Below, piece by piece: positions 61,580 to 64,000 of a stretch of 64,000 nt of DNA. The notes beneath the pieces are model-generated. The model made no database searches. It was not told the DNA's origin and saw only the letters and a list, made by a program, of their open reading frames with translations. A program made the translations under genes and the position numbers. Source of the stretch: Bdellovibrionota bacterium. Its GTDB lineage: Bacteria; Bdellovibrionota_C; UBA2361; CAKMMH01. The stretch is taken from positions 160,001 to 224,000 of the forward strand of contig JBMNLI010000017.1 in assembly GCA_050952645.1 (NCBI GenBank). The letters run 5' to 3'. Within the stretch, counting starts at the first letter, position 1. Each line of letters opens with the position of its first letter.

Positions 61580-63061
61580 CTAAAACGGAATGATTTGAAC
61601 TGCCGTAGAGCGACGGTCATCACTTCCTTCTACGTTTATTGCACGTGTGCAAACTGCTATATCCCCTACTTCAGGTTTTAAAATCTCTCTAACTCTATCT
61701 ACTGCCACTTTTAGCGGAACTGGTGAGCCTTCCTCTAGTGTATCTATAAAAACTGGTTGCACACCAAAGAGCAAACACATTTGTCTTAACGTTAATTTAG
61801 TCGCAGTAACTCCAAATAAAGTTTGTGCTGGCCTATATTTAGCGATTAGCCTAGTAGTTCTTCCCGTATCTGAAGAAACGATAAGCGCCTTAGCTTGTAC
61901 TTTATCGGCAGCGGCGCAAGCAGCATATGCGATTGAATCTTGAACGGCCTCTCTTTCTTCATTCTCTATTTTTTCTAAATATCCTTCTTCACTTAAATAA
62001 GGCTCAATCTCTAATGCAACTTTTCTTAAATATCCTACCGCCTCTTCTGGATTATTTCCGATAGCGGTTTCCTCAGAAAGCATCACTGCATCTGCACCGT
62101 CAAAAATAGCGTTAGCAACGTCCGTCACCTCAGCTCTAGTAGGTCTAATATTAGTTACCATTGAATGAAGCATTTGAGTAGCAACTATTACAGGTTTTCC
62201 TAGTATGTTAGCTTTTGCGATAAGTTCTTTTTGAACTACGGGCAATCTTTCCATAGGGATTTCAACCCCAAGGTCGCCACGAGCTACCATAATGCCATCC
62301 GTTACTTCTAAAATTTCATCTATCTTTTTTAAAGATGTTTTACATTCAATCTTAGAAATTACTTTTAATTTTGAGTTTTTAGATTTTATATAATCCTTTA
62401 TTCTCTTAACATCCTCAGGAGTTTGAACGAATGAAAGAGCTACATAATCAAAATTTCTTTCTAATCCCCATTTTAAATCTTCTATATCTTTTTCAGTAGT
62501 TGCAGGAAGTGGAATTACATTATCAGGGAAAATTATTCCTACTCTACTTCTTAATTTACCACCTCTAGTAACTACGCAAGATACAACGCCATCTACTACA
62601 TCCACAACCTCTAGCTCTATAATACCATCTGCTAAAAGCACCCTATTGGTTTTTTGTAAAACTAACGATGGATCGAAAACGCCAACGTATAAAGTATCTA
62701 CCGAACTTTTCTCCGTTTTACTATGTTTAATTTGAATTTTATGGCCATTTTTTAACTCTGGGAACTCTTCTCCATCTAACTCGGTAATTCTTATTTTTGG
62801 GCCCGATAAATCTTGGAGCACGGCCACTGGAACTTTTAGCCTTTCACTTACGTTTCTAACTCTTTCTAAAAGAGCGCCATGTTCTTCATAAGAACCGTGC
62901 GAAAAATTTTGTCTAAATACGTTAACTCCAGCTTTGATAAGCTTTTCAATCATTTCTTCGCTACTAGATGCTGGCCCTAAAGTCGCAACAATCTTAGTTT
63001 TCCTAAACACTTGCTCGTTTGAACACGAACAACAATCACAATCAGCTTTACATTCCGTCAT
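61580..63061 (-). CDS. pyk: Pyruvate kinase
   Basis: RKTKIVATLGP, NFSHG, MVARGDLGVE, ATQML, PTRAE. Confidence 0.97.
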   Translation of the reverse strand: MTECKADCDCCSCSNEQVFRKTKIVATLGPASSSEEMIEKLIKAGVNVFRQNFSHGSYEEHGALLERVRNVSERLKVPVAVLQDLSGPKIRITELDGEEFPELKNGHKIQIKHSKTEKSSVDTLYVGVFDPSLVLQKTNRVLLADGIIELEVVDVVDGVVSCVVTRGGKLRSRVGIIFPDNVIPLPATTEKDIEDLKWGLERNFDYVALSFVQTPEDVKRIKDYIKSKNSKLKVISKIECKTSLKKIDEILEVTDGIMVARGDLGVEIPMERLPVVQKELIAKANILGKPVIVATQMLHSMVTNIRPTRAEVTDVANAIFDGADAVMLSEETAIGNNPEEAVGYLRKVALEIEPYLSEEGYLEKIENEEREAVQDSIAYAACAAADKVQAKALIVSSDTGRTTRLIAKYRPAQTLFGVTATKLTLRQMCLLFGVQPVFIDTLEEGSPVPLKVAVDRVREILKPEVGDIAVCTRAINVEGSDDRRSTAVQIIPF

Positions 63062-63527
63062 AAATGCACCTTTCTCCTTTTATTTGATTATAATTATAAA
63101 TTTATATTCACAATATATATTACGCACATACATATCATAAATGTATTATGCGTATATAATGTTTAAAAAACGTTATACATATATAACTTTATACACATAT
63201 ATATATGATGCTAAAAAATTTAAGATGATTTTGTAAAATATCTTCTTTCTTTTTTATCTTTTATTTTTAAATTACCAAAATTTAATTATAATTTTTAAAA
63301 CAACTAAAAAATTATACTCCGATAATATTATTTTTAAAGATAAAAAGTTTAAGGCTATAAATAACACCATTTAAGCTTTTTAAAATCAACTAGTTAGATA
63401 AGGGTTTTAGAAAAAAATATTTTTTTAGATAAAACTATAAAACTAGTAAGTAAATTAACTAATAAGAAGATCAACTAATAAATAGATTAACTAATAATAG
63501 CTAATAAAAAGATTAATAATAAAAAGA

Positions 63528-64000
63528 TTAATGAGTAGATAAAGAGACACCCTCATCTTTTTCAGGATAGTTTATTTTTCCATCATTATTATCATCTTCA
63601 TATAAAAATTTATCTCTTATTTCTCTTTCTTCTTGTAATTTCTCAAAAGCCTCTTTGCTATCTATACGCAAAGCCTCAAAAAGTGCCTCATCGGCATGAG
63701 AGATAGGCACTAACTCTAAATCTTTTCTTACAGTAGCTGGTATTTCTTCTATATTCTGCTCATTTTCTTTAGGAAAAAGTATCTTTTTAATTCCCCCCCT
63801 ATGAGCTGCTAGTGCTTTTTCTTTTAAACCACCAATAGCAAGGATATTTCCTCTAAGTGTAATCTCACCAGTCATCGCTACATTTTTATCTACTGGAATT
63901 CCCGTTAATGCAGAAACGATAGTAGTAGCGATAGTTACGCCCGCAGATGGACCATCTTTAGGGATCGCCCCTTCAGGAACATGCACATGGAGGTCTATTT
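63528..64000 (-). CDS. lon: Lon protease, C-terminal part (partial)
   Basis: HVPEGAIPKDGPSAG, AMTGEITLRG, IGGLKEK. Confidence 0.95.
   Translation of the reverse strand, partial: IDLHVHVPEGAIPKDGPSAGVTIATTIVSALTGIPVDKNVAMTGEITLRGNILAIGGLKEKALAAHRGGIKKILFPKENEQNIEEIPATVRKDLELVPISHADEALFEALRIDSKEAFEKLQEEREIRDKFLYEDDNNDGKINYPEKDEGVSLSTH

Noticed and set aside
820..63140. Short antisense ORFs in the track (e.g. 820, 3769, 4752, 7102, 9141, 10428, 24463, 34345-35262, 43710-45644, 61647, 62934)
   Set aside because: They overlap confidently assigned genes, mostly on the opposite strand, and show no motifs
63113..63160. TA-rich inverted repeat upstream of pyk
   Set aside because: Low-complexity alternating purine/pyrimidine tract; self-complementarity is expected by chance

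Overview
AT-rich bacterial chromosomal window from a diderm. BamD, PilQ, an usher and FliA-like sigma factors suggest a deltaproteobacterial/Bdellovibrionota-like lineage (inference). Most of it is housekeeping genes (obgE-rpmA-rplU, rsfS, gpmI, mazG, dnaB, lipB, rsmD, feoB, rpe, plsY, accA, miaA, pyrR, AddA-like, pyk, lon). Accessory items are a UbiA/DprE1/DprE2-type arabinofuranose donor cluster, a FokI-like endonuclease pseudogene, an alpha-type chaperone-usher pilus locus, an IS1634 insertion with a 5-bp target duplication, and a dispersed ISL3-like MITE family. The most striking feature is a ~4 kb gene-free island after dnaB (35384-39451). It has five TTGACT -35 elements, four with exact 16-nt spacing to a -10 box. 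Four of them precede GC-enriched, densely base-paired segments of ~330-870 nt whose G-U pairs favour the + strand. I read this as a cluster of large structured ncRNAs that I cannot assign to a known family. Also notable are a frameshifted mini flagellin-C-terminus-like gene behind a sigma28-type promoter, and pervasive 12-14 bp tandem duplications.
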